DNA of 64,000 nt from Candidatus Poribacteria bacterium. GTDB taxonomy: Bacteria > Poribacteria > WGA-4E > WGA-3G. How positions within the stretch are numbered: the stretch's first letter is position 1; the number at the start of each line of letters is the position of its first letter. A program made the translations under genes and the position numbers. Below the pieces are notes generated by a model. That model was given only the letters and a program-made list of their open reading frames with translations. It made no database searches and was not told the origin of the DNA. Positions 17,555-28,600 of the stretch are shown piece by piece. The stretch covers positions 1,536,001 through 1,600,000 of the forward strand of contig OZ242029.1 in the NCBI GenBank assembly GCA_965205015.1. Direction: 5' to 3'.

Positions 17555-19747
17555 TTAAGAACCTTTAATGTCTATTACCTGATCTTCGGTTTCCAGTTCA
17601 GTAACCAAGTTCGTGTGTGGCATTAACTTTTCAGCCACCGATGTAAGTTCCTCGGCGCGAGTCCCTTGCTTGTGGGGAAAATGGATACGGACGGTTGTGC
17701 CTACGCCTTCAGTGCTCTGAAAGTCTATCTCGGCACCGTGATCTGTGACAATCCTCCTAACAATCGGCACGCCGAGTCCTCTACCATTCGTCTCTGACTT
17801 TGTCGTGTAATAAGGCACAAAGAGATTCGCCTGAGTCTCCTCGGACATACCGTGACCCGTATCTTGGATTTCCAGTGAAACCGTGCCATTAATGACGGTC
17901 GGCTCTCGGTTGTCGGTTTTCGGTGCCTGACGATTGCTATCGCTTTCATCTGCGACAAGATTCTCTTGCTGACTGCTCCTTGGTGTAGTGCGATTCTTAT
18001 CATCTTCTCCCGTTACAACGTGTTCCGACCGACTGCCGACGGAAACCGACGGCTGACGGCCATTTGGTGTGAAATAGGTTTTAACCTGAAGCAATCCGCC
18101 TTCAGGCATAGCCTCAATCGCATTTTTCAGGAGGTTGCCGAGTGCTTGTGTAATCTGTTCCGGATCCACTAAAAGTAGAGGCAGCGGGACTAACTCAGTT
18201 CTCACTTTGATTTTTGAGATGTTTTCAAGCCAGAACTTCTCAGTAGAATCTTGTAGGACTGAGTCCACCTGCTCTGAACTCATCGGTGCGACTTCATTTT
18301 CCTGCTCAAGGTCGGGTATGTGTCTACCGGTGTAAAGTGTCAGAACAGATCTCACAATGTCATTCAACTGGCACCATTTTCGCTGGGGTTTCGGCATTCG
18401 TGCGAATTGATGGAACTCATCTATGAGTTTACCGATCCGATCCACCTCTTCAATGACTGTGTCCGTACATTCACTGAATATTTGCTCAAAAACCTCAGGG
18501 TTAGATTTCGCCTGTTGCAGGTTCTCAACAGAAAGCCGAATCGGAAAGAGTGGGTTTTTAACTTCGTGTGCGACTTGCCGTGCGGCATCTCTCCAAGTCG
18601 CGGCACGCTCTGCCGCCATACGCTCCTCCATGCTCTGCTTCAGGTCCTGTGCCATTTGATTGAACCCTTCAGCAAGCTGCCCGACCTCGTTACGGGATTG
18701 GATTTTAACGCGATGATCAAGATCCCCCGCCGCGATATGGCTCACCCCCTCACGCAGCACCGCGATCGGACGCGTAATCCGACGGCTAATGATATAACTG
18801 ATGAGATAAACTAACGCGAGTCCACCGACGCCACTCAAAAGCAGTGTAATTGTCAGTTGCCGCTGCCACCTCGCTTGACGTTCATGGGAATATGCCACGA
18901 TTAAGCCAACAGAGGGTGTTTCGCGTGTTGTCGCGAAAGGTGAGTTGAAAGGTGTTATTTGAAAAGCAGTAAAAGCGCGTCCGCCCGTCTCCTCTGTCCC
19001 CTGTAAAAAGATTTTTCGCGCTGGAAGCCAACTCGGCTGTGATTTAAACCAACCTTTCCCCTGTGCTATTTGAGAGGCGTAATTTAACGGAAACCAGTTC
19101 TCCGCCGCTGTCGCCATCGATTCAGGATCAAAGGATGCTGGGTCCGACCTTTGGGACCTTCGCACAAGGAAGATCGGATGCTCATCTGATTGGATGCTCG
19201 TTTGTTTTGTCTCCAGCCACGCTTGCAAGAGGTAGCCGCCCGTCACGAATCCCCAATCGCCTGCTTCGGTTACCTGAACGACATATTGTAGCCCCAAATC
19301 GCTCTGTTCAGGAATACTTCTGAGTTGTATATGTCCCTTCTCGTTATCCAGCGGCTTATATATTGGGTTCCTTCGTCCTATCCGTGTGTCGGGATATAGC
19401 AGTCTTCCATCCGGAGCCCCGTATTCTAAGAGATCAAACTCCGGTGCTGGTAGATATGGGAGCAACGACTTCGTTTCTATGACATCGTGCAGTCTCACAT
19501 CATTGGCGGTGGCGTGGACTTCTTTCTGAACTTGGTTGAGCAACTTCTGATAATTGTTTGAAATTTGTGCTTGAACCGTCTCAACATAAGTGTCAATTTC
19601 CCTTCTAAAAGCGAGCCGAATCAGGAAACTGGTACTTCCAAACACAACGCCGAACATGACAAGAAAGACGAAGCCGTAGGCGATAAATATTTTATCATGG
19701 AATCGCAAAGCGGAGAGTTTATTCCTCATTTCTCGCACCACTCGCAA
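17555..19747 (-). CDS. HAMP sensor histidine kinase (NtrY-like)
   Basis: Two TM segments, HAMP, QVAHEVKNPL H-box, NLLKNAIEA, DTGHG, GRGLG. Repeat-derived insert in the HATPase domain. Confidence 0.92.
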   Translation of the reverse strand: MRVVREMRNKLSALRFHDKIFIAYGFVFLVMFGVVFGSTSFLIRLAFRREIDTYVETVQAQISNNYQKLLNQVQKEVHATANDVRLHDVIETKSLLPYLPAPEFDLLEYGAPDGRLLYPDTRIGRRNPIYKPLDNEKGHIQLRSIPEQSDLGLQYVVQVTEAGDWGFVTGGYLLQAWLETKQTSIQSDEHPIFLVRRSQRSDPASFDPESMATAAENWFPLNYASQIAQGKGWFKSQPSWLPARKIFLQGTEETGGRAFTAFQITPFNSPFATTRETPSVGLIVAYSHERQARWQRQLTITLLLSGVGGLALVYLISYIISRRITRPIAVLREGVSHIAAGDLDHRVKIQSRNEVGQLAEGFNQMAQDLKQSMEERMAAERAATWRDAARQVAHEVKNPLFPIRLSVENLQQAKSNPEVFEQIFSECTDTVIEEVDRIGKLIDEFHQFARMPKPQRKWCQLNDIVRSVLTLYTGRHIPDLEQENEVAPMSSEQVDSVLQDSTEKFWLENISKIKVRTELVPLPLLLVDPEQITQALGNLLKNAIEAMPEGGLLQVKTYFTPNGRQPSVSVGSRSEHVVTGEDDKNRTTPRSSQQENLVADESDSNRQAPKTDNREPTVINGTVSLEIQDTGHGMSEETQANLFVPYYTTKSETNGRGLGVPIVRRIVTDHGAEIDFQSTEGVGTTVRIHFPHKQGTRAEELTSVAEKLMPHTNLVTELETEDQVIDIKGS
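17893..18063. repeat. Family 1 repeat inserted in frame in the histidine kinase
   Basis: ggtcggctctcggttgtcggttttcgg ... ctcttgctgactgc ... ccgactgccgacggaaaccgacggctgacggcc. Confidence 0.7.
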
Positions 19748-19808
19748 AGTATCTTTGCTTTTAAACTTCGAAAATTTGTAACACGAGAGGAAGTTACTCT
19801 TTTACCAT

Positions 19809-21242
19809 CTATCGGTTATCTGCGTCTGGTGTCAAGGCAAAAGATCGGAATTTCCGTTTATAGCCTTCCACCCCATCTTGCAGGTATGTTAACTCACTCT
19901 CGCCATTATTGTCAAGGTGTAACCGCTGGAGCCTACCCTTTACGGCAATAGTATCCATTAAGAGGCGCATCACCCGGCAAACAGACCGAATATCCCGCTT
20001 CGGAACGGTTAGCGTTGCATTCGGGACCCCGTTCTCACTAAAATCTAAAGCCGTCCCGCGATACGAAGCGGTCTGCATGTGGGTCATGGATAATCCTTCA
20101 AACTCGGTTAATTTGCTGTCCATTCCAGTTTCGCTCGGTAGTACTAAATCGGGACCGAGTTCCTCCCAATGGAGAAATAAAACGACTTTATCCTTAGGAC
20201 CGGCGATAATACCGTTGAGAATAGAGTGATTACTCGTGGGTCCCTTCGCATTTATGACATTAGCCCCACCGCCGCGTTCCTGAATAGATTCTGTATAAAG
20301 TTGGACGAACCATTCCCCGAGACAACTACTATCAGCGTAGTTGTAAAAAACAATGCTTCCTTTTCCATCGACTTCTTCAAAGAGATGAACCCATCGCGCC
20401 AATTGATAGGCAATGTTATCCTGATGATTATAAGCGAGATTAAAGTCTTCATGCGCCTGACTCACCCCTTCGACAGCGGCACGAATTCGAGTATCGGGTG
20501 TTTCGTCCTTTCCTGCCGTCATAGCAAGAAAGAACAACCCGACCGGAGAGAACGCTGAAAACCGTCCCCCAACGCCATCAGGAACAGGAAGCAGTGTGTC
20601 CCCGTAGAAAGGTGATTGCTTATGCATTCGGAAGAGCACACTGTCGGCGGTTAATCCGGTCGTCGCGAGAATTTGTTGATGCCAATTTACATCATCAAGC
20701 GCATCACGGATAATCATCAACGTAGCCATGGTTTCGGTCGTTGTTCCAGATTTGCTAATGACATTAAAAAGCGTTCTATCAAGGAGGTTTCTCGTTTTGA
20801 GCATTTCAAGTAAACCGGCAAGCTTGCGTGGATCGAAAGTATCACCCGTGAAATAAACTTCAGGGGCACCCCCGCGTTCTTCAACCGACAGTAAGTTATG
20901 ATACGGATGGTTGAAGGAATCGTGAAAGACGCGGGCACTCAGGTCAGAACCACCAACGCCAATGGTGACTAACACCGAAAACGCTTCACGTGCGCGTGTA
21001 GCTAATGCCGCCACCTGGGCAATATCTTCTGCTTGGAGATGACTCCGAGTCCACGCACGAAGTCCACACTTCAACTCAGTCAGCGGTGTCCCTGTGTCCT
21101 CCTGAAATAGAAGGTGAATGCTTTGCAAAGCGGTATCAACTTCCTGTTGCGCCGCCTGCGGGAACGAACCGATCCTCCCATTGTCAACTAAAAAATGTAG
21201 CTTACTGTCCAACAAGATATCCTCTTCACTCAATTCTTCCAT
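19809..21242 (-). CDS. pgi: Glucose-6-phosphate isomerase
   Basis: IGVGGSDL, ISKSGTTTET, VGGRFSAFS, QLYTES. Start MEELSEED (21242) overlaps the upstream cupin gene. Confidence 0.85.
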   Translation of the reverse strand: MEELSEEDILLDSKLHFLVDNGRIGSFPQAAQQEVDTALQSIHLLFQEDTGTPLTELKCGLRAWTRSHLQAEDIAQVAALATRAREAFSVLVTIGVGGSDLSARVFHDSFNHPYHNLLSVEERGGAPEVYFTGDTFDPRKLAGLLEMLKTRNLLDRTLFNVISKSGTTTETMATLMIIRDALDDVNWHQQILATTGLTADSVLFRMHKQSPFYGDTLLPVPDGVGGRFSAFSPVGLFFLAMTAGKDETPDTRIRAAVEGVSQAHEDFNLAYNHQDNIAYQLARWVHLFEEVDGKGSIVFYNYADSSCLGEWFVQLYTESIQERGGGANVINAKGPTSNHSILNGIIAGPKDKVVLFLHWEELGPDLVLPSETGMDSKLTEFEGLSMTHMQTASYRGTALDFSENGVPNATLTVPKRDIRSVCRVMRLLMDTIAVKGRLQRLHLDNNGESELTYLQDGVEGYKRKFRSFALTPDADNR

Positions 21243-21594
21243 ACTTGTCCGAAAGACGAACAATATCTTCTTCGTCAAAGTGACCAAACGCAATTTCGAG
21301 TATTCGATAGTCTTTAGATTCACCGATGAGTTGATGTTTGGCACCTTGTGGAATAAATACCGGTTCCATAGGCGCGGGACGTTGAATTGTGCCCTCAAGG
21401 TTTACACAGGCACCCTCATCAAGCGGTATCCACAACTCACTTCGGTGGTGATGATACTGATAACTTACCTGCTCGCCTGCCCGAATTTCCAAAATTTTGA
21501 CGGTAACGGGTTGATTGAGGACATATTGTATGAAACGCCCCCACGGTTTTTCAATTGTTATAATTTCCTGAAGTTCTTTCGGGCATATAGGCAT
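21226..21594 (-). CDS. Mannose-6-phosphate isomerase type II C-terminal cupin
   Basis: EKPWG, SYQYHHHRSELW, EEDIVRLSDKYGR. GGAG RBS before ATG at 21594. Confidence 0.85.
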   Translation of the reverse strand: MPICPKELQEIITIEKPWGRFIQYVLNQPVTVKILEIRAGEQVSYQYHHHRSELWIPLDEGACVNLEGTIQRPAPMEPVFIPQGAKHQLIGESKDYRILEIAFGHFDEEDIVRLSDKYGRIE

Positions 21595-21754
21595 GACTAA
21601 ACTCTCCGAATTGTGAAACGGATCCATCGAAAAACGTGGGACCAAGACAGACTTTACCGCCTCCACAGGCGAAAAAATGGTTACCAAAACACAATAGATA
21701 GTGTATCATATCAGTAGCTTGTCGTCAACTCAAAAGAAGCACATACTTAAACAT

Positions 21755-21880
21755 AGTCCAAACCGCGTAGTCCGTAATGGAATGGAGGGGTTTTTGCCGG
21801 GGTGTTTTCCCCTAGATTTTTAGAAAGAAATGTCAAGTTCCACTCCCACGTCATTTGACCGCAGGATAAATTTAAAAAAC
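21755..21880 (+). repeat. Family 2 repeat overlapping the start of the serine hydrolase
   Basis: GTAGTCCGTAATGGAATGGAGGGGTTTTTGC...CCGCAGGATAAATTTAAAAA. Confidence 0.7.
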
Positions 21881-22891
21881 CTTATTGAGAATAGTATTTC
21901 CGAGCAGGTGTTTCCCGGTGCCGTTGCCTGCATCCTTACTCATAAAAAGGTGCTTTACCACGAAGCATTTGGGTATCGATGTGTGAAACCGAAAAGGCTA
22001 TCGATGCTTCGCACGACGCTATTCGATTTGGCATCGCTAACGAAACCGATTGTTGTAGGAACGCTTTGTATGCAGCTCGTTGAGAGAGGCACACTCTGCT
22101 TGGATACACTCGCAGAGAAATACCTACCGGAGTTCCAGCAGAAAGGAGTAACGCTTAAACATCTGCTGACACACACCTCAGGACTCCCTGCATGGTTACC
22201 TGTCTATCTGCGGGCACCCTCCCGAAAGGATGTCATCTCGTATCTCGGAGGGGTGACACTGGAATCTCAACCCGGGAAGAAAGCCGTGTATAGTTGCTTG
22301 GGGTATATCGTGTTAGGTACGCTCCTTGAAAACGTAGCCGGAAAATCTCTGGATACATTGGCACAAGAACGGATTTTTGCCCGGCTCGGTATGGAGTGGA
22401 CGCGGTTCAACCCGCCACACATATGGCGTGAACACTGTGCAGCCACCGAGGATTCCAACAGTTTTGAACGCCGGATGGTGAACTACGAACGCTACGATTG
22501 GCGAGAAGGTGTGATTATTGGGCAGGTCCACGATGAGAACGCGCATTTCCTCGGCGGCGTTTCCGGCAATGCTGGACTTTTTTCTACATCAACAGATCTC
22601 AGTCTGTTCTGCAGAACGTTGATGGACAACGGTGGAGGTCTGTTACGCCCGGAGAGCCTCTCTACGATGCAACAGGTCGCTTCGGCGGAAGGAGAACGCC
22701 GGGGCATCGGTTGGGCCGTGACAGATGATGGGTGTCTCTACCACACAGGGTTCACTGGCACTTCAATACGCATCTGTCTAAAAAGAAAACTTGCAGTGAT
22801 CTTGTTGACAAATCGCGTGCATCCGGATGCCGATCGGCGTGGCATTATCGACTTCAGGAAGATATTCCACTCAATAGTTTTCAGTTGTTAG
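21830..22891 (+). CDS. Beta-lactamase-fold serine hydrolase (AmiE/YbbE-like)
   Basis: FDLASLTK, LLTHTSGL, YSCLGY, GQVHDENA, HTGFTG. Adjacent to namZ and anmK. Confidence 0.85.
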   Translation: MSSSTPTSFDRRINLKNLIENSISEQVFPGAVACILTHKKVLYHEAFGYRCVKPKRLSMLRTTLFDLASLTKPIVVGTLCMQLVERGTLCLDTLAEKYLPEFQQKGVTLKHLLTHTSGLPAWLPVYLRAPSRKDVISYLGGVTLESQPGKKAVYSCLGYIVLGTLLENVAGKSLDTLAQERIFARLGMEWTRFNPPHIWREHCAATEDSNSFERRMVNYERYDWREGVIIGQVHDENAHFLGGVSGNAGLFSTSTDLSLFCRTLMDNGGGLLRPESLSTMQQVASAEGERRGIGWAVTDDGCLYHTGFTGTSIRICLKRKLAVILLTNRVHPDADRRGIIDFRKIFHSIVFSC

Positions 22892-22945
22892 TCATCGGTT
22901 TTCAGTTAAGAAGTTTTCGTTTAACGTAGCCCCTTGTAACTGATC
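22876..22945. repeat. Family 1 repeat (supplies the stop codon of the upstream gene)
   Basis: gttttcagttgttagtcatcggttttcagttaag...cccttgtaactgat. Confidence 0.7.
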
Positions 22946-22955
22946 GGCAGAAAAA

Positions 22956-24179
22956 ATGTTTTCCACATCTACAGTACAGCAGCAAAAAATTGAATTAGGA
23001 TTGGATGTTCTGCTCACAAAGAAAAATGACTGGATTCGCGGGCGATCAATTGGTCTGATTACAAACCACACGGGGGTTGATACCACCTTGCGGAGCAATT
23101 ACCGATTTTTCGCGGAGATGCCAGAGTGCCGGCTTTCCGCAATCTTTTCTCCAGAGCATGGATTCTGGGGCGCGGTCCAAGATGGCATTGCCGTTGACAG
23201 CCTCAAGGTCTCAGATGAAAACGCATCGCGAAGAAACCCCCAAGCAAAAACACCTTACCCCGCGAGCGTTCCGGTCTATAGTGTATATGGACAATCAATT
23301 CGCCCAACAGCGAGCCAACTTGAAGGTATTGATCTGCTTGTGTACGATATACAAGATGTCGGGGCGCGTTACTATACCTACATTTCGACCCTGCTACATG
23401 CAATGGAGGCTTCCGCCGATCACGGCATAGAGTTCATCGTCGCAGACCGTCCGAATCCGATTACGTGTAATGCTGTGGAGGGACCGATATTGGAACCTGG
23501 GTTTGAATCCTTTGTGGGAGTACATACGGTGCCTGTTCGTTACGGATTGACAATCGGCGAATTAGCAACACTGTTGAAGGCGGAATGTGTGCCATCATGT
23601 CCTCTAAAGGTTGCATGGATGCACGGATACGCACGCGGCATGTGGTATGATGACACAGACTTGCCCTGGGTGCCACCCTCGCCGAATATGCCGACACTCA
23701 CAACGGCAGCCCTCTATCCAGGTTTATGCCTGTTTGAAGGAACCAATATGAGTGAGGGTCGAGGCACGACGAAGCCGTTTGAATATATTGGCGCGCCTTG
23801 GTGCAACGGCGAAAGGTGGGCTGAGATACTGAATGCTTTGTCTCTACCCGGTGTCCTGTTCCGCCCAGTCGTTTTTACGCCTGCTCCAGTTGCTGAAAAC
23901 ACGAAGCACGCGCAACAGACGTGTGGTGGTGTTGCAATTCACATTACGGATAGAGAACGCTTCCGTCCAGTAGAAACGGTTATCCACATGTTATCCACTT
24001 TAATCCCCGAATACAGAGATCATTTTGCGTTCCGAGACGCGCACTTCAATCGGTTAGTAGGAAACAGTTGGCTCCGAGATGCATTGCTGGATAGAGAGTC
24101 ATTCGATAAGATTCAGGCACAGTGGAGCGATGAACTTCAGACGTGGTATGATCGAAGATCACAATTTTTAAACTATTAA
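22956..24179 (+). CDS. namZ: Exo-beta-N-acetylmuramidase (DUF1343/YbbC)
   Basis: GLITNHTG, FSPEHG, DIQDVGARYYTY, DRPNP, PSPNMP, SEGRGT. Confidence 0.9.
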   Translation: MFSTSTVQQQKIELGLDVLLTKKNDWIRGRSIGLITNHTGVDTTLRSNYRFFAEMPECRLSAIFSPEHGFWGAVQDGIAVDSLKVSDENASRRNPQAKTPYPASVPVYSVYGQSIRPTASQLEGIDLLVYDIQDVGARYYTYISTLLHAMEASADHGIEFIVADRPNPITCNAVEGPILEPGFESFVGVHTVPVRYGLTIGELATLLKAECVPSCPLKVAWMHGYARGMWYDDTDLPWVPPSPNMPTLTTAALYPGLCLFEGTNMSEGRGTTKPFEYIGAPWCNGERWAEILNALSLPGVLFRPVVFTPAPVAENTKHAQQTCGGVAIHITDRERFRPVETVIHMLSTLIPEYRDHFAFRDAHFNRLVGNSWLRDALLDRESFDKIQAQWSDELQTWYDRRSQFLNY

Positions 24180-24181
24180 AT

Positions 24182-24302
24182 GTAGTTTTCGGTGCGGATT
24201 TTTTGAAAAAAATCCTTTCAGTTATCGGTTTTCAGACAAGAGGGATTCGTTTAACAACGCCCTCTTGTAACCGACAACTGACAACTGACAACCGGTAACC
24301 AT
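24182..24302. repeat. Family 1 repeat
   Basis: GGATTTTTTGAAAAAAATCC hairpin. gttatcggttttcag, AAGAGGG...CCCTCTT, then ccgacaactgacaactgacaacc. Confidence 0.85.
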
Positions 24303-24310
24303 AAAAAGAT

Positions 24311-25510
24311 ATGATAGAATTCTATGAACTCGTAAAAAAACAGAAAAAGTATGTTATCGGCTTGATGTCTGGTACCTCTGTCGATGGCATTGATGCAGCC
24401 GTTGTTGAAATTACGGGATACGGTTTGGAAACGACAGTGAACTTGATCGCTTTTGAGACTTTCCCCTTCCCACCCGATGTGCCACAACGCATCCTCGCTC
24501 TCTGCCAGCCCGATACGAGCCGCGTTGACGATATTTGTGAGATGAACTTTTACATTGGACATCTCTTCGCGGAGGCTGTCAAGCATATTCTACAAAAACA
24601 TGGAATGCACACCAGCACCATTGACCTCATCGGTTCACACGGTCAGACAATTCATCACTTACCCAGAGACTCAAACACCGATTGTAATGATTTCCGCTAT
24701 CCATCAACATTGCAAATTGGTGAGCCTGCGGTCATCGCACACGAAACCGGGATTCCAACGATAGCGGATTTTCGAGTCGCTGATATGGCGGCAGGCGGGC
24801 AAGGCGCACCGTTGGTATCATATCCAGACTATCTGCTGTTCCATAACAGTGTTAAAACAGTGGGACTCCTAAACATTGGAGGGATTGCGAACCTTACTGT
24901 GCTTCCCGCAAATGGATCGTTTGATTCGGTTTCCGCGGCAGATACGGGACCGGGAAATATGTGTATTGATGCAGTCATGAGTGAAATAACGGGTGGAAAA
25001 GAACGTTATGACAAAGCCGGACAGCGTGCCGCGCAGGGGACCCCTTACCAACCTCTCATTGACGAATGGTTAAAGCACCCATTTTTCCAACTGACACCCC
25101 CGAAGACGACTGGACGCGAAACCTTCGGACACACTTTCGCACTGGAATGTTTGGCGGCATGTCGTGAACACAATCTTTCGGATAACGACGCTATTGCAAC
25201 TTTGACCGAGTTGACAGTCCAGACGATTGCTCTTTACATTTCACAATTTGTGTTGGAACAGAACCCAATAGACATACTCTATGTGAGCGGCGGCGGGGTA
25301 CGCAACCAGACGATCATGCGACATCTCGGCGAAGTGTTAGTGAATACGACGGTGGAACCTGTAGATAATTCAGGTATTTCCGCAGATGCAAAGGAAGCGA
25401 TAGCGTTCGCAATTCTCGCGAATGAATCACTCCACGGGCAGGCTGGGAATCTGCCCTCCGCGACAGGCGCGTCTGTGCGAAAAATTTTGGGGAAGTTTGT
25501 GTGTCCGTGA
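24311..25510 (+). CDS. anmK: Anhydro-N-acetylmuramic acid kinase
   Basis: IGLMSGTSVDGID, GSHGQT, DMAAGGQGAPLV, DTGPGN, PKTTGRE, AKEAIAFA. Confidence 0.95.
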   Translation: MIEFYELVKKQKKYVIGLMSGTSVDGIDAAVVEITGYGLETTVNLIAFETFPFPPDVPQRILALCQPDTSRVDDICEMNFYIGHLFAEAVKHILQKHGMHTSTIDLIGSHGQTIHHLPRDSNTDCNDFRYPSTLQIGEPAVIAHETGIPTIADFRVADMAAGGQGAPLVSYPDYLLFHNSVKTVGLLNIGGIANLTVLPANGSFDSVSAADTGPGNMCIDAVMSEITGGKERYDKAGQRAAQGTPYQPLIDEWLKHPFFQLTPPKTTGRETFGHTFALECLAACREHNLSDNDAIATLTELTVQTIALYISQFVLEQNPIDILYVSGGGVRNQTIMRHLGEVLVNTTVEPVDNSGISADAKEAIAFAILANESLHGQAGNLPSATGASVRKILGKFVCP

Positions 25511-25593
25511 CGCAATAACCTTCAAGTTTCAGCAATCAAAAAATGAAACTTTATCTCCTTTTATTCAAATACACACCTTTTTTTGCGGAATTA

Positions 25594-25621
25594 TGCACCC
25601 GTTTCACTCCTAAGTAGCGTC
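25594..25621 (+). promoter_or_regulatory. Putative ECF-type (autoregulatory) promoter
   Basis: TGCACC-N17-GCGTC 50 nt upstream of the ECF gene. A closely similar motif occurs twice at 55826 and 55909. Confidence 0.45.
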
Positions 25622-25670
25622 ACCAGATACGAATCCACAATGGTAAACTATCTCTTTTTGGAGACGACTC

Positions 25671-28600
25671 ATGAAAAACAACGATATTCAACTCATCCAA
25701 CGCGTCCTTGCTGGCGATGATGATGCCTTCTCCGCGCTTGTGAAAAAATATCAAAAGCAGGTTCACGCCCTCGCATGGCGGAAAATCGGAGATTTCCACA
25801 TCGCGGAGGAGATTACACAGGACACATTCCTGAAGGCATACAAGAGACTTCCAACACTGAAGAAGCCTCAACGCTTTGTGAGTTGGCTTTATGTGATTGC
25901 GGCGAATTGCTGTAGTTCATGGCTCCGAAAAAAACGGTTGTGGACCCAGCCGTTGGAGCAGTTGGAGGAAACGGACAACGAACAGCAACAAAAAGCGACA
26001 TATTCTGGGTATGTCGTTGAAGAAAACGAGCGTATCGCCGTCGCTGCACAACGCGATGTCGTCAAAAAGTTGCTGGCGAAACTTCAAGAAAGTGAACGCA
26101 CAGTTATCACGCTTCACTACTTCGGCGAGATGTCGTGTACAGAGATTGGCGCGTTTTTAGGGGTATCCGCAAATACGATCAAGAGTCGCCTCCGTCGTGC
26201 ACAGCAGCGTTTAAAAAAGGAGGAACCGATGATCAGAGAAGCCTTAGATAACTTCCACATCACGCCGAATCTCACGGAAAACGTTATGCGGGAAATCGCA
26301 CGTATCAAACCTATGACACCTTCCAATAGCAAACCGATCATGCCGTGGGCAATTGCGGCTTCCACGATTGCAGTGGTCTTGTTGATGTTAGGCATCGGAA
26401 CCCATCAATACTTAGGACGTTTCCAAAAACCGTACAGTTTCGATGCAACTTCAGAAATGACGATCGAACTCATTGAGGCACCGATTGTGCTGAACCTCGC
26501 GTCTAAAACGGATAAGCGAACACACCTCGGAAATCCAGAGGCACTCAATCAGAACAGGACCCCTGAACGGAAACCTAACGATACCGCAGCGTTATATGCC
26601 GAAGCACAAACGGATGAAACAACCGAAGATTACGCAAAGTGGGAACTCCCGAAAGCGGCGAAAGCGCGTTTGGGAAAGGGTGGAATCAATGTGATTCAAT
26701 TCTCACCAGATGGTTCGCAACTTGCAATAGGTAGCAATATCGGTGTGTGGCTTTATGATGTGGAGACAGGTAAAGAAATATCCCTGTTCGCAGGCATGTG
26801 TCAATCCCTCACATTTTCGCCCGATGGCCGTTACCTTGCTAATGGTGGTGGTCTGTATAGAACAACCGAAATCCAAGTGTGGGAAACAGCGACCGGGCGC
26901 AGAGTCCCATCCGTTAGGGGACTCTCTCCTGCCTCAGCGTTGCGGTTTTCCGTAGATGGCAAAATGCTGATTAGCTTGAGCAGTTGGGGGAATACAATCC
27001 ACCGGTTGGACATTGAAACTGGGCAAGAAAATGGAAAACATCTTGAAGAACGACAATCTGACTCGGAGGAACGTTATTCTGAAGCCCATGCGATCACGCA
27101 CGATAAGGTTGCAATTGGAGGCTGGAATGGGGAGATTCAGTTATGGGACATAACAACAGGGAAAAAATTATTCACCCTCAGGGGACATGCAGATTTATCC
27201 GATCAATCCTTAGGCGCGCCTTCACGCTTACCCCTACCACCGCGGCCTTTTCAGAATCAAAAATATGTCTTAGCGTTGGCATTTTCACCCGATGGCACCC
27301 GGCTCGCTAGCGGAAGTAAGGATACAACCGTTCGATTATGGAGTACCATCAGCGAGAAATCGATTCTCCTCCAAAAACATACAGGTTGGACAAACGTGTT
27401 GGCATTCTCTCCAGACGGAACAATGCTTGCCAGCGGGAGTACCGATAAAACGGTGCAGTTATGGGACACGGCTACGGGGGGTCCGCTCGCAACACTGACT
27501 GGGCATCTCAACGGTATTACTGCTTTGGCGTTCTCATCAGATGGTACTATACTCGCAAGTGGGAGTACTGATGGCACAGTCCGATTTTGGAAGACAGAAA
27601 ATGGGGATCCGCTATCCACCCCTATCACTGGACATACAGCGTGGGTAAAAGCAGTTGCTTTCTCTAAAGAGAGTTCCACACTTGCGAGTGTGGCATTTAA
27701 CGGTGCAATTACTTTTTGGGATGTGAAGACCTCGCAAAAAACCTCTCACCAAATTAGAGGACATCGCGATTGGTTATCAACCTTAGCGTTTTCACCTGAT
27801 GGCACAAAACTCGCCAGCATTGGTGCTGAAAGTACTATGGTCATAGGATTTAGTAGGACGGTAAACCCAGATTCTCTCGTTCGTTTGACGGATGTCCACA
27901 CGGGAAACGAAGTCGCAACTTTGAAAGACAAGAAGGGGGTCTCAAATCTCACATTTTCGCCCGATGGCAAAACCGTAGCCTTCAGCAATCACGGCAACAT
28001 CCGCTTATGGAACACGGAAACAGGTAACCATCTTGATATTTCTCTCTTAGATCAGAACGATGTTCACAAGACATCCCTCAGGGAGCGTGTGAACATCGAG
28101 ATACATGCTAATGATGATTCCGTAATACCACAAGGGATCGCAATACCACCAGGAATGAGACCCCACCAACTGCCACGAATCAGTGCTTTGGTATTCTCAC
28201 CTGACGGGACAAGACTTGTCAGTGCAACGATGGCGGGAAGTGTGCAGATGTGGGATCCAGAGACTGGGATTGAACTGACCTCCTTCGTAGCGCAGGATTC
28301 AGACGGGGCAAAACATGAAGTGAAAGACGGGGGGATGGTAGTGACAACCACATATAAAGATCCCATTTCCGTGTTGGCATTCTCTCCAAATGGTAAACTG
28401 CTTGCTGCAGGCAGTCACCAACAGATTCGCTTGTGGAACATGGAAACTGGCAATTGGGGAAAAGGCATTATTTCAATTGACGCGCATAAAGACGGCAGGG
28501 AAGTTTTTCACGGTTGTGAAGCGCTGGTGTTTTCGCCAGATGATACGATGCTTGTGAATGGTGACGGAAACGGCAGAATCCAGCTATGGGATATAGCAAC

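Noticed and set aside
24182-24302. Family 1 repeats as CRISPR or tRNA
   Set aside because: Dispersed, variable, heptamer-based, with no repeat-spacer periodicity or cloverleaf.
21830-25510. Serine hydrolase as an antibiotic-resistance beta-lactamase or a novel cluster
   Set aside because: Context with namZ and anmK fits ordinary peptidoglycan/MurNAc recycling.
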